A stretch of DNA of 64,000 nt from Oceanispirochaeta sp. Its GTDB lineage: Bacteria > Spirochaetota > Spirochaetia > DSM-2461. The notes beneath the pieces were generated by a model. The model ran no database searches and was not told the DNA's origin. It saw nothing but the letters and a program-made list of their open reading frames with translations. Location of the stretch: contig CAXXXD010000004.1 in NCBI GenBank assembly GCA_963663385.2, forward strand, positions 384,001 to 448,000. The letters are read 5' to 3'. Below are positions 49,095-58,001 of this stretch, piece after piece; the first letter of the stretch is position 1, and each line of letters begins with the position of its first letter. The position numbers were made by a program, and so were the translations under genes.

Positions 49095-49143
49095 TGTAGC
49101 TTCTGGCCCCGGGGTTCCTCCTTTTCCCGGGGCCGCTTTTATT
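49095..49143 (+). repeat. 49-bp direct repeat, copy 2, terminator-like hairpin after the second sulfatase
   Basis: Identical to 34268-34316. Confidence 0.97.
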
Positions 49144-49165
49144 TTTCCTTCTGTTCGTTCTATCA

Positions 49166-49212
49166 ATTATGATAACTGTTATATTGATTATGATAACTGG
49201 AGGCCGTATAAT
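49166..49212 (+). promoter_or_regulatory. Toxin-antitoxin promoter with repeated operator
   Basis: ATTATGATAACTG at 49166-78 and 49187-99, overlapping TTGATT(49184)-17 bp-TATAAT(49207). Confidence 0.7.
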
Positions 49213-49231
49213 TAAATCAGGAGGCTGGTGA

Positions 49232-49492
49232 GTGAAAACTGTTTCGGTTATGAAGGTCAGAAAAAGTCTGGGAGAGATCCTGGATGAAGTTAATTTGAAA
49301 TCAGAAACCTTTGTTCTGGAGCGGGCGGGGAAACCTATTGCCAAGCTGGTTCCTTTAAACAGTAATCCGCAGCAGGGAATCCGTTCTCTGGAATTGAAGG
49401 CTCTCAAAGAGCTAAAGGGACTGAATCCTTCCACGGATAGGAGTTCTGATCCGGCAGAATGGCTGGAGAAGGAACGGTCCGACTGGGAGTAG
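49232..49492 (+). CDS. Phd/YefM-family antitoxin
   Basis: 'VRKSLGEILDEV...FVLERAGKPIAKLVP', upstream of a PIN gene. Confidence 0.88.
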   Translation: MKTVSVMKVRKSLGEILDEVNLKSETFVLERAGKPIAKLVPLNSNPQQGIRSLELKALKELKGLNPSTDRSSDPAEWLEKERSDWE

Positions 49493-49495
49493 GTA

Positions 49496-49903
49496 ATGAA
49501 GATTTTTATTGATACGGCGCCGTTTATTTACCTTATGGAAGGCTTGGATGAGTATTCTGACAGGGTAGAAACACAACTAAAGCAGTGGCTGATGACGGAG
49601 ATGATTCTGACAACATCCACTCTGACCCTGATGGAGTTGCTTGTCACTCCTAAAAAACAGAAGAATGAGCGTTTGGTCAGGAAGTACAGAGCCTTGCTGG
49701 AAGACCTGATGACTGAACCATTGACTGAACTGACTTCTGTAATTGCCGAAGAAGCAGCCGGGATAAGGGGGCAGTATGGTTTTAAAACTCCCGATGCTGT
49801 ACAACTGGCAACGGCACTCCATTCCGGGGCCGATATATTTTATACCAATGATTTAAGACTGGGGAAATTTCCAAACTTGACTATATTGACTGTGGATGGA
49901 TAA
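49496..49903 (+). CDS. vapC: PIN-domain (VapC) toxin
   Basis: 'IFIDTAPFIY', 'TLMEL', 'TPDAVQLATA', 'YTND'. Confidence 0.9.
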   Translation: MKIFIDTAPFIYLMEGLDEYSDRVETQLKQWLMTEMILTTSTLTLMELLVTPKKQKNERLVRKYRALLEDLMTEPLTELTSVIAEEAAGIRGQYGFKTPDAVQLATALHSGADIFYTNDLRLGKFPNLTILTVDG

Positions 49904-49986
49904 TCCAGTTTCGATTTTAACTCTATTTTTCTCTTTTCAATAAAGCAGCTTGGTTTTTCGTAATCCCGGGAAATAAAAATCCACTC

Positions 49987-50019
49987 TTGCAAAATAGAAC
50001 TAATCATTATATGATTAGT
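49987..50019 (+). promoter_or_regulatory. Sigma70 promoter overlapped by a perfect 9-3-9 inverted repeat (candidate GntR/FadR operator)
   Basis: TTGCAA(49987)-17 bp-TATGAT(50010), with ACTAATCAT-TAT-ATGATTAGT at 49999-50019. Confidence 0.7.
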
Positions 50020-50040
50020 AGACTGTAACGGAGGCCAAAC

Positions 50041-51309
50041 ATGAATAATATTGAAACAGCCCAGAATATGCTTAGAAAATTCAAGGGTGACAACTACCTC
50101 TTTGGAGAGGGTGTCCTCTCCCGGATAGGAGATATCGCCGGAAAGATCGGATCAAAAGCCATTATCATCCGGGATAATTTTCCGGGTGCGGATACTTTTG
50201 TGGATACCATCAGAGAGTCCCTTAAGGGTGCCGGTGTTGAAATCGTAAAAGAAGAAAACGGCGCCAGACCCAACTGTCCCCTGGAGGATCTGGAACGGAT
50301 TACAAACTCACTCAAAGAGTCGGCTGCGGATATTATTGTCAGCTTCGGCGGCGGAAGCACAATTGATGCGGCCAAAGCGGCGGAAGTACTCAGAACCCTG
50401 GGGGGCGGGATCGAGGACTATTTCGGGGTCGGTCTTGTATCAAAGGCCTGTGAGGAAAGAGGGATCACGCTGACCCCTCATATCGCTGTGGAAACAGTTG
50501 CTTCTTCAGGGGCTCACCTGACCAAATACTCCAATATCACCGATGTCAGCACGGGACAGAAAAAACTGATTGTGGACCCGGCTATTGTCCCTTCCCATCC
50601 GGTTTTTGATTATGAGGTTACCTACGGTCTGCCCATGGGCGTATCCATGGACGGCGGTCTGGACGGGATAGCCCACTGTCTGGAAGTTTTCTACGGCGCT
50701 GTGGGAACCGACGGATACGAACTGTCAAAAGAGATTGCGGAAGCAGGGATCTCACTTGTTGTAGAATACCTTCCCAGGGTTATCAGGGATCCCAAAGACA
50801 AGGAAGCCCGTAAAGCTCTCTGTATCGCAACGGATATGGGCGGTTATGCCATAATGGTAGGCGGAACCAACGGTGGGCATCTGACCAGCTTTTCTCTGGT
50901 AGACGTTCTCTCTCACGGACGGGCCTGTGCCATTATGAACCCTTACTACTCCGTTTTCTTTGCCCCTGCTGTGGAAAAGGAACTCAGAATTGTAGGGAAT
51001 ATCTTCAAAAAATATGGCTATTCTTCTGTCGACTTCGAAACCCTCAGCGGTAAGGCCCTGGGAGAAGCCGCAGCCAATGCCATGTTCGAACTGGCAAAAA
51101 CGGTTAACTTCCCCCTGACCCTTGGCGAAGTGGACGGATTCACTGACAAACATATTGAACGGGCTCTGGCAGCGGCAAAGAATCCCCAGCTGAAAATGAA
51201 GCTGCAGAATATGCCTGTTCCCTTGACCGCTGAGCAGATTGACGACTATATGGGGCCCATTCTGCGGGCAGCGAAAACGGGAGATCTCTCCCTGATCCAT
51301 ACTCTTTGA
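50041..51309 (+). CDS. Iron-containing (family III) alcohol/hydroxyacid dehydrogenase
   Basis: 'GGGSTIDAAK' and metal ligands in 'DGIAHCLE', 'GGHLTS' and 'LSHG'. Confidence 0.9.
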   Translation: MNNIETAQNMLRKFKGDNYLFGEGVLSRIGDIAGKIGSKAIIIRDNFPGADTFVDTIRESLKGAGVEIVKEENGARPNCPLEDLERITNSLKESAADIIVSFGGGSTIDAAKAAEVLRTLGGGIEDYFGVGLVSKACEERGITLTPHIAVETVASSGAHLTKYSNITDVSTGQKKLIVDPAIVPSHPVFDYEVTYGLPMGVSMDGGLDGIAHCLEVFYGAVGTDGYELSKEIAEAGISLVVEYLPRVIRDPKDKEARKALCIATDMGGYAIMVGGTNGGHLTSFSLVDVLSHGRACAIMNPYYSVFFAPAVEKELRIVGNIFKKYGYSSVDFETLSGKALGEAAANAMFELAKTVNFPLTLGEVDGFTDKHIERALAAAKNPQLKMKLQNMPVPLTAEQIDDYMGPILRAAKTGDLSLIHTL

Positions 51310-51316
51310 TTAAAAC

Positions 51317-52705
51317 GTGAGGAATGGCATGACGACTTCATTTGAACTGGGCGATAAAAAATTTGATGTGACTCTTCCCGAAGAGACGCATATACTCCGG
51401 ATGAAGGGCGCGGCAACGGTGGAGAATCCCGGCGCTGCCATACGTAAGTGTCTGGATAATCCCATTGGTACAGAAAGTTTCCCTGATATTGTAAAAAACA
51501 AACTGAAAGAGAATCCTGATGCTCAAGCCGTTATTGTCATTTCCGATAACACTCGACCTGTTCCCTATAAAGGGGAGCAGGGGATCCTGATTCCTCTTAT
51601 CCGTGATCTGATGGAGGCCGGAGCCCGGGCAGAGCAGATATCCGTTCTCTGTGCCAACGGGACCCATATCCCCCTGGCTGATGAAGCCTTCCGGAAAATG
51701 ATTGATCCAGAAGTGTTCGAACTGGGGATCAAAGTAATCAATCATGACTGTCTGGATGAGGGGAACCTGCAGTTTCTGGGGTATTCCAGATCCGGGACGA
51801 AAATTGAGATTAACAAACGTTATGTAGAAGCTGATATAAAAATTCTGACAGGTCTGGTGGAGAGCCACTTTATGGCCGGTGTTTCGGGAGGACGGAAATC
51901 CATCTGCCCCGGTTTGATAGGAGAGAATTCCACCTTTGTTTTTCATGGTGTCTCCAATCTGGCTCATCCCAAATCCACCGATCTGGTTCTGGAAGGCAAT
52001 CCCTGCCATGATGAGGCCCTTGAAGTGGCCTCGACGGTCGGAGCCGATTTTATTTTTAACGTTACCCTGGATGACAAGTACAATGTAACCGGATATTTTG
52101 CGGGGGATATGGTGGAAGCCCATCTGGCTGCTTATGAGAAAGTCAAAGACAGTGTAGGCATCAGCTGTGCAGAAAAATTCGATATTGTGGTAGCCCATGC
52201 GGGTTTTGTGGGACGGAATCACTACCAGGCGGCAAAAACCGGTGTTGCGGCCATCCCCGTTCTGAAAGATGAGGGGTACCTGATTCTGGGGGCGGACTGC
52301 ACCGATCCCGATCCAGTCGGGAAGGATACCTACCGCTCGGTTCTTCCTTATTTAAAAGATAAAAGCTCTGAAGATTTTATTGCCATACTTTCAGCGGATG
52401 ACTGGACCTTTATCCCCGATCAGTGGCAGGTCCAGATGTGGGCCAAGCTTTTCTCCGTGATCCCCCAGGATCATTTTTTCTACTATGCACCGCAGATTCC
52501 GGAGAAGGATTATACAATCCTTCCCGGAGTAAACGGGAACAGCTGCCTTAATCCGGTGGATCGGTACAAACCGGATGACAGGAATATACCCGGGTTTATA
52601 CAGAATGCCCTCGGTTCTGTTATAGCGAAGCTGCAAGCAGAAGGGCGGGAGAATATATCCATTGCCTGGCTGTCCGATGGCCCTTATGGAATTGTGATTC
52701 CCTGA
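51317..52705 (+). CDS. larA: LarA-family nickel-pincer 2-hydroxyacid racemase/epimerase
   Basis: 'SDNTRP', 'ANGTH', 'HFMAGVSGGRKSICPG', 'NHYQAAK', 'DQWQ'. The start may be ATG 51329. Confidence 0.88.
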   Translation: MRNGMTTSFELGDKKFDVTLPEETHILRMKGAATVENPGAAIRKCLDNPIGTESFPDIVKNKLKENPDAQAVIVISDNTRPVPYKGEQGILIPLIRDLMEAGARAEQISVLCANGTHIPLADEAFRKMIDPEVFELGIKVINHDCLDEGNLQFLGYSRSGTKIEINKRYVEADIKILTGLVESHFMAGVSGGRKSICPGLIGENSTFVFHGVSNLAHPKSTDLVLEGNPCHDEALEVASTVGADFIFNVTLDDKYNVTGYFAGDMVEAHLAAYEKVKDSVGISCAEKFDIVVAHAGFVGRNHYQAAKTGVAAIPVLKDEGYLILGADCTDPDPVGKDTYRSVLPYLKDKSSEDFIAILSADDWTFIPDQWQVQMWAKLFSVIPQDHFFYYAPQIPEKDYTILPGVNGNSCLNPVDRYKPDDRNIPGFIQNALGSVIAKLQAEGRENISIAWLSDGPYGIVIP

Positions 52706-52726
52706 AAAATGGTATAATCTGTTTTC

Positions 52727-53371
52727 ATGCAACTGAATATTTTTAAACAGAAAGACCTTATCTCCCAGAGACTGCTCTCTTATCTCCTGTTTGAACTGCC
52801 TCATTCAGAAGACGGAAAGCTCCCTCCCGCCTCGGTTTTTGCCGAAAAATTCGGGGTTTCCATAGTGACTATCAGGGAGATTCTCAAGGCCATGGAGTCC
52901 ATAGGGATTATCTCCATGCATCATGGGAGGGGAATTTTTCTGAATCATCCCGATACCATTGCCCGGGAGATGATCGAAACCCGTATCCTGATAGAGAGCT
53001 ATTGTGCCTCCCTGGCCGCAGAGAAACTGACCGATGAGGATGCAACAGAGCTGAATGAGGTTTCCCTTATGCTGGAAAACGCTGCTCATACAGGTAATAT
53101 GGAGCTCTATACGGATGCGGATTTCCTGTTTCATATGAAAATCTCCCAGATAAGCCGGAACCTGGTTCTTGAAAAGACCCTGAGGAATATTCGTGTTTTT
53201 CTGTATGTGCAGCAGCGGGAAACGAATAGAATCCTGATTAAGGATTATGATAAGTCCCTGAGGGAGCATAAGGCCGTTCTGGAATCCATTCTTTCGAAAA
53301 ACCCTGTGCAAGCGGAGAAAGCCATGAGAGGTCATCTGCAGAAAACCATGACCCTCTGGGAAAACAGATAG
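52727..53371 (+). CDS. GntR/FadR-family regulator
   Basis: wHTH 'KLPP...FGVSIVTIRE...GRG' and FCD 'DFLFH...N...EHKAV'. Confidence 0.9.
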   Translation: MQLNIFKQKDLISQRLLSYLLFELPHSEDGKLPPASVFAEKFGVSIVTIREILKAMESIGIISMHHGRGIFLNHPDTIAREMIETRILIESYCASLAAEKLTDEDATELNEVSLMLENAAHTGNMELYTDADFLFHMKISQISRNLVLEKTLRNIRVFLYVQQRETNRILIKDYDKSLREHKAVLESILSKNPVQAEKAMRGHLQKTMTLWENR

Positions 53372-53393
53372 AAAACAGCTATGCCTTCTGTTC

Positions 53394-55016
53394 CTATGAT
53401 AGAGAAGGCATGCTGCCATCCAGCGGGTTTACAGGCAGCCGTATTGTAAATTCCGTTCCTTTTCCAATCCTGCTTGTACATGTGATTGTTCCTTTGAACA
53501 CATGGCTGATCAGGTTGAAGACAATGTACAACCCAAGTCCGATACCCCCGTCGGCACCTCTGTTTGTTGTGAAAAAAGGATCAAATGCTTTTTTCAGAAC
53601 TTCCCCGGACATCCCCTCTCCGTCATCCCTGTAGTGGACAAGGATGGAATCTCCCGGAATTTTCCGGAAGGAAATTTTAATGGACCCTTTTCTATCTCCT
53701 TTAAATCCATGACTGATCGAATTCTGTACAAGCTGGGTCAAAACCTGAGAAAAATCTCCCGGCAGGCAGTAGAGTTTTATGGGATCGGAAAAATCAATAT
53801 CCATCTGGATATGATTCTTCATGCTCAATGCCTTTAAACTGAATACGACATCCTTAACATACTGGTTGAGATCCACCCACAGCCTGTCCTGGGATGACTT
53901 ATCAATTGTCAGCGCTTTAAAGCTTTGAATCAGATCGACGGTCCTGTTCAAATTTATCATCAGGAGCCTATGGCTTTCCCTGGAGTGCTGAAGATAATCT
54001 TCAAAATCCTTCTGGGATAGTATTTTATTCAGAAACCGCTCTTCCAGAAGCTCCGTTTCTTTTTTCAGATAGGATGACAAGGTAACGGAACTGCCCAGGG
54101 GGGTATTTATTTCATGGGCTACCCCTGCAATCAGATGTCCCAGGGATGCCATTTTCTCCTGCTGGACCAGGTGATCCTTCATCTCCAGCATCTGCTTGAA
54201 GATCTCCTCCATATTATGGGCAAGTACGCCGAGCTCATCCTTTCTATCTATTCCGATTGATAAGGGTTCCTTTGATTCTATCATCTTAAAAAGGGACCTG
54301 TTGATTTTCTTTGTATCCTCAACAATTCTCCGGGCAATCATAAGAGAGAATAGCACAGATACGGTAACAAGAAGAAAGCATAGTAGGATGGATACGAATA
54401 CTATCTTGTGCTGTCTTTCCCTGGATTCGGATTCAATTACAGACATCTGAAGGGCAATCGTTTCCAGCGCGCTGTTAAGGATATAGTCCATATGGGTGCA
54501 TTCCGTCTGGAGCGTATCGGTCAGGTAGTAGGTATAGGCTATTCGGTCAGAATTCCTTACATAGTATTCAATATAGATGTCGGTCAGACGGATATCCGAT
54601 ATGTTCAGGTATTCAACGTCCTGAAGAACAAGAATCAGTTCGTCATATATTGCGACTGCTTTCTCGTACTTTTCCGCCACATAGCTGTATAACCCGGAAA
54701 TAACAGTCAGGGATTCTTTCAAGGACTTATTGATGCGGGGAAGATATTTAAGAGTATCTATTGCTTCAAAGTCGGCCTGTACATTTTCATACTCAATCAG
54801 GAATGCGTTCCAGCTGCTGATCAAAGGGTTATCCATAAAGATTCCGGAACCCGTCATCCTTGCCTGCTGGATGGAATCTTCAAGTTCTGTCAGTCTGTTC
54901 TTTTCATGATTTATATTCATAACGTAGCTTGTCAGCAGGAGGTAGACAGATAGGGATGCAATAAAACTGAAACCAGTTAATAGTATTATCAGAAGGAACT
55001 TTGTTTTAATTTTCAT
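53394..55016 (-). CDS. Orphan membrane sensor histidine kinase (HAMP, HisKA, HATPase)
   Basis: 'EKMASLGHLIAGVAHEINTPLG' and 'FDPFFTT...GIGLGL'. Confidence 0.92.
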   Translation of the reverse strand: MKIKTKFLLIILLTGFSFIASLSVYLLLTSYVMNINHEKNRLTELEDSIQQARMTGSGIFMDNPLISSWNAFLIEYENVQADFEAIDTLKYLPRINKSLKESLTVISGLYSYVAEKYEKAVAIYDELILVLQDVEYLNISDIRLTDIYIEYYVRNSDRIAYTYYLTDTLQTECTHMDYILNSALETIALQMSVIESESRERQHKIVFVSILLCFLLVTVSVLFSLMIARRIVEDTKKINRSLFKMIESKEPLSIGIDRKDELGVLAHNMEEIFKQMLEMKDHLVQQEKMASLGHLIAGVAHEINTPLGSSVTLSSYLKKETELLEERFLNKILSQKDFEDYLQHSRESHRLLMINLNRTVDLIQSFKALTIDKSSQDRLWVDLNQYVKDVVFSLKALSMKNHIQMDIDFSDPIKLYCLPGDFSQVLTQLVQNSISHGFKGDRKGSIKISFRKIPGDSILVHYRDDGEGMSGEVLKKAFDPFFTTNRGADGGIGLGLYIVFNLISHVFKGTITCTSRIGKGTEFTIRLPVNPLDGSMPSLS

Positions 55017-55204
55017 TTTTACTTCCGCATCGTTTCGGTATGCATGATATAAGAAGGTTTCACTGATTCTATAAATAAATTATTATGCCATAGCCGTATA
55101 AAATTCAAATAATCTATAGTTATGCCCGGTTCTGTATAAAGACGGGCTTTGTGCACGGGACTCCCGGAAGCCGCCGCTGTCCGGAAGCTCCGGTAAATCC
55201 CCGT

Positions 55205-55238
55205 AAAAAAAGACTCCGACCATCGTTCGGAGCCTTTT
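55205..55238 (-). terminator. Intrinsic terminator after the LysM gene
   Basis: CTCCGA/TCGGAG stem with A7 on the + strand (U7 on the minus transcript). Confidence 0.65.
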
Positions 55239-55255
55239 ATTCTACAGAAATAAAT

Positions 55256-55960
55256 TTATTTCACAACACCATTTGTCCAGGTACCGCTTCGTTTTTCTCC
55301 GTCCGCAGAGGGAATGGTCAGTACCATTCCGGGCAGAATCAGGCGGGGATTGGCGGGATCGGGCAATACCGCCTTATTGGCTTCATAAATCAGTTTCCAC
55401 TTCCAGGGGTCACCGTAGACAAAGTCATAGCCGGCAATATTCCACAGACAGTCCCGGTTCTCCGGAATAAGGCGGACCGTATAGGCGGCGACCTGTGTTC
55501 CCGCAGGAGCGGTGGGCCGGATATATTCTATAACCGACATAACCTCAAGAGCTTCCAGAGACTTCTCATAGCTCTCTTCGTATCTTTCATTCTGAAAGAG
55601 CTGATAAGCCTCTTCATACAGAGCCTTTCCCGATGCGTAGGCTTCGGGGAAATTGACATCCGCTTTTACTTTCGCAGCGGACTGAAGCTGGGTCTCGACT
55701 CTTCTGAGGGCTGAATTGGCTTTATAGCGGTTCAGCATCATCTGAATCCAGGCGTCGGATTTTTCCGCATAGATTTTCGACTCTTCCGCCAGTTTTTTTG
55801 CTTCCAGGTAATCCCCTTCATCAAAGGCCTGTTCGCTCTGCCTTTTCAGTTCCAGTGATTTTCTATAGTCCGGGTTATCCTGGAGGGATTGGGAAAATAA
55901 CAGGACGGAAAATCCGAGCAGAAGGATTGTCAGGAGTATAATTTTCTGGTTTGTTCTCAT
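55256..55960 (-). CDS. Secreted helical protein with a C-terminal LysM peptidoglycan-binding domain
   Basis: Signal peptide and 'YTVR...DCLWNIAG...WKLIYEAN...LILPGMVLTIP'. Confidence 0.85.
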   Translation of the reverse strand: MRTNQKIILLTILLLGFSVLLFSQSLQDNPDYRKSLELKRQSEQAFDEGDYLEAKKLAEESKIYAEKSDAWIQMMLNRYKANSALRRVETQLQSAAKVKADVNFPEAYASGKALYEEAYQLFQNERYEESYEKSLEALEVMSVIEYIRPTAPAGTQVAAYTVRLIPENRDCLWNIAGYDFVYGDPWKWKLIYEANKAVLPDPANPRLILPGMVLTIPSADGEKRSGTWTNGVVK

Positions 55961-56439
55961 TATTCACTCTCCTTTTTAGCTTCTTCTGTCGCCTCAGAGG
56001 CCTTCTCTTCCGCCTGGGCGATGGCTCTATCCGCTGCTTCCATGGCTTCGATGGCCGCCTGTCTATTGGCATCGGCTGTAGAAGCGGCTTTATTGTAAGC
56101 TTCCGCTGCCGAAACAAAGGCTCCGTAGGCTGCTTCCATATCACCGGCTGTTTCCGCTTCGGCTCCCTGGGAATAGAGAGCTTCGGCCGCGGTAAACTCT
56201 TCGGAAGCCGCCTTTCCGGCTTTGGCGTTGACTGCTGTTATTTTGGCGGTGTCCGCGTTATTTCTTGCTTCCTTAACTCTGGATGCGTCTATTGCGACTG
56301 TTTCTGTCACTCCCTCGGCTGTGTCATTCACAACCTCTTCAGCTGTCTCTTCTGCAGCTGGTGCAGATGCACATGATATAAAAAAAAGTCCTGTAAGCAG
56401 GACAAGGACCAGATAAAGGTTCTGTCTCTTCAAATTCAT
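55960..56439 (-). CDS. Ala/Glu-rich helical lipoprotein
   Basis: Spirochaetal-type lipobox 'FFISC'. Coupled to the LysM gene (TAATG). Confidence 0.8.
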   Translation of the reverse strand: MNLKRQNLYLVLVLLTGLFFISCASAPAAEETAEEVVNDTAEGVTETVAIDASRVKEARNNADTAKITAVNAKAGKAASEEFTAAEALYSQGAEAETAGDMEAAYGAFVSAAEAYNKAASTADANRQAAIEAMEAADRAIAQAEEKASEATEEAKKESE

Positions 56440-56654
56440 TTAATCTTACTCCTCCCAGCATTATACGGTTCTAAATATTTTATAATAACGCTTCTGTTTA
56501 CTAAAAGATACACCGAAAATCATTTTTCTCCATTACCGGTTTCCCGGAAGCCGGGATACTCTCCTATTTCAGTGTATTCATGCTTGTGTTATTATCGTTA
56601 ATGAAATAAAATAAAAATAAAAAAGAAATATAATAAAAGGAGAAATGAAAGGTA

Positions 56655-57989
56655 ATGGAAAATATCTCCCGTGAATATATACTCGGTATATTGAATGATT
56701 CGACACCTGAAAAACGTTTGGACGCTCTGAAAGGGATAAGCCGGGATAAGGATGTTATGGCAGCGCTCCCTCCCGAAGGGAATGAGGTGAACAATCATGT
56801 TCATACCACCTTCTCTTTCAGTCCCTATTCCCCTGCGGCTGCTGTCTGGTTTGCCCGTCAGGCCGGACTGAAAGCCGTAGGCAGTATGGACCATGACAGT
56901 ATCGGCGCCGCCCGGGAAACCCTGGCTGCCGGGAAGATCCTGGGGATGGCCACAACGGTTGGTTTTGAGCTTCGGGTAAACTTTACCGGTACAGCCGTTG
57001 AGGGAAGAAAACTGAATAACCCCGATTCGAAAAATATTGTCTACATGACGGTTCATGGGATACCGGCAGATATGATAGACAGGGCTGCAGAATTCCTGAA
57101 ACCGATTCAGGGAGAGCGGAACAGAAGAAACAGGGCGGAAACGGAAAAACTGAATGCTCTTATTGTTCCTCTCGGTATAGAGGCTCTGGACTTTGAAAAG
57201 GATGTGTATGACTGTTCCGAAGCCGCCTCGGGAGGGGGAATCACCGAGCGGCATATCCTTTATGCCCTCTCCCGCAAAATTATGGAGAAAGCCGGTAAGG
57301 GACCGGACCTGGTCTCTTTTCTGGAAAAAAATATGGATCTGACTGTAACCGGTAAAATACGGGAACTTCTCTCTGATCCGGAGAATCCTCACTATATCTA
57401 TGACCTTCTGGGAATTCTGAAAGGGAATTTCCTTTCGCGTTTTTTTATACAGCCCGATGAAAAGGAGTGCCCCTCCGTATACGATGTGGTTGCTTTCGGC
57501 AACGAGATTGGCGGCATCCCTTCCTATGCCTATCTTGGAGATGTGGGAGAAAGTCCTACGGGAGATAAAAAGGCGGAAAAGTTTGAGGATGATTTCCTGG
57601 ACGATCTGATTCCCGAACTGAAGAAGATCGGTTTCCGGGCCGTGACCTATATGCCTCCCCGGAATACCCTGGAGCAGCTGAAAAGGGTTCAGGCGCTGTG
57701 TGCGGACAATGATCTGATGGAGATAAGCGGGGTGGATATCAACTCATCCCGGCAGAGTTTTAACTGTCCCGAAATCCTGCAGCCCGAATTTTCTCATCTG
57801 ATCGGGGCTACCTGGGCCCTTATCGCTCATGAGAAACTGGCTGCCCGGGATGCCCGGTACGGGTTATTTCACCCAGACAATCCTCTGGCAGCCCTGTCTT
57901 TGACAGATCGGATCAACCGCTATGCTGTTCTGGGGGAACGTATGAACAGAACCCGGCCGGAGGATCTGTTTGATTCGGTAGATTTCTGA
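56655..57989 (+). CDS. PHP-domain metal-dependent phosphoesterase-like protein
   Basis: 'NNHVHTTFSFS', 'MDHD', 'GFEL', with an AAGGAG RBS. Confidence 0.85.
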   Translation: MENISREYILGILNDSTPEKRLDALKGISRDKDVMAALPPEGNEVNNHVHTTFSFSPYSPAAAVWFARQAGLKAVGSMDHDSIGAARETLAAGKILGMATTVGFELRVNFTGTAVEGRKLNNPDSKNIVYMTVHGIPADMIDRAAEFLKPIQGERNRRNRAETEKLNALIVPLGIEALDFEKDVYDCSEAASGGGITERHILYALSRKIMEKAGKGPDLVSFLEKNMDLTVTGKIRELLSDPENPHYIYDLLGILKGNFLSRFFIQPDEKECPSVYDVVAFGNEIGGIPSYAYLGDVGESPTGDKKAEKFEDDFLDDLIPELKKIGFRAVTYMPPRNTLEQLKRVQALCADNDLMEISGVDINSSRQSFNCPEILQPEFSHLIGATWALIAHEKLAARDARYGLFHPDNPLAALSLTDRINRYAVLGERMNRTRPEDLFDSVDF

Positions 57990-58001
57990 TATTGAATGAT
58001 T

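Noticed and set aside
34268..49143. Prophage, ICE or composite transposon reading of the repeat-flanked block; CRISPR reading of the repeats
   Set aside because: There are no integrase, transposase, phage, conjugation or cas genes, the repeat is not a tRNA end, and there are only two copies 14.8 kb apart.
55151..55204. Short CCGGAAGC repeats between the orphan kinase and the LysM gene
   Set aside because: Only two 8-mers are present, and CCGG/CCGGA words are frequent throughout the window.
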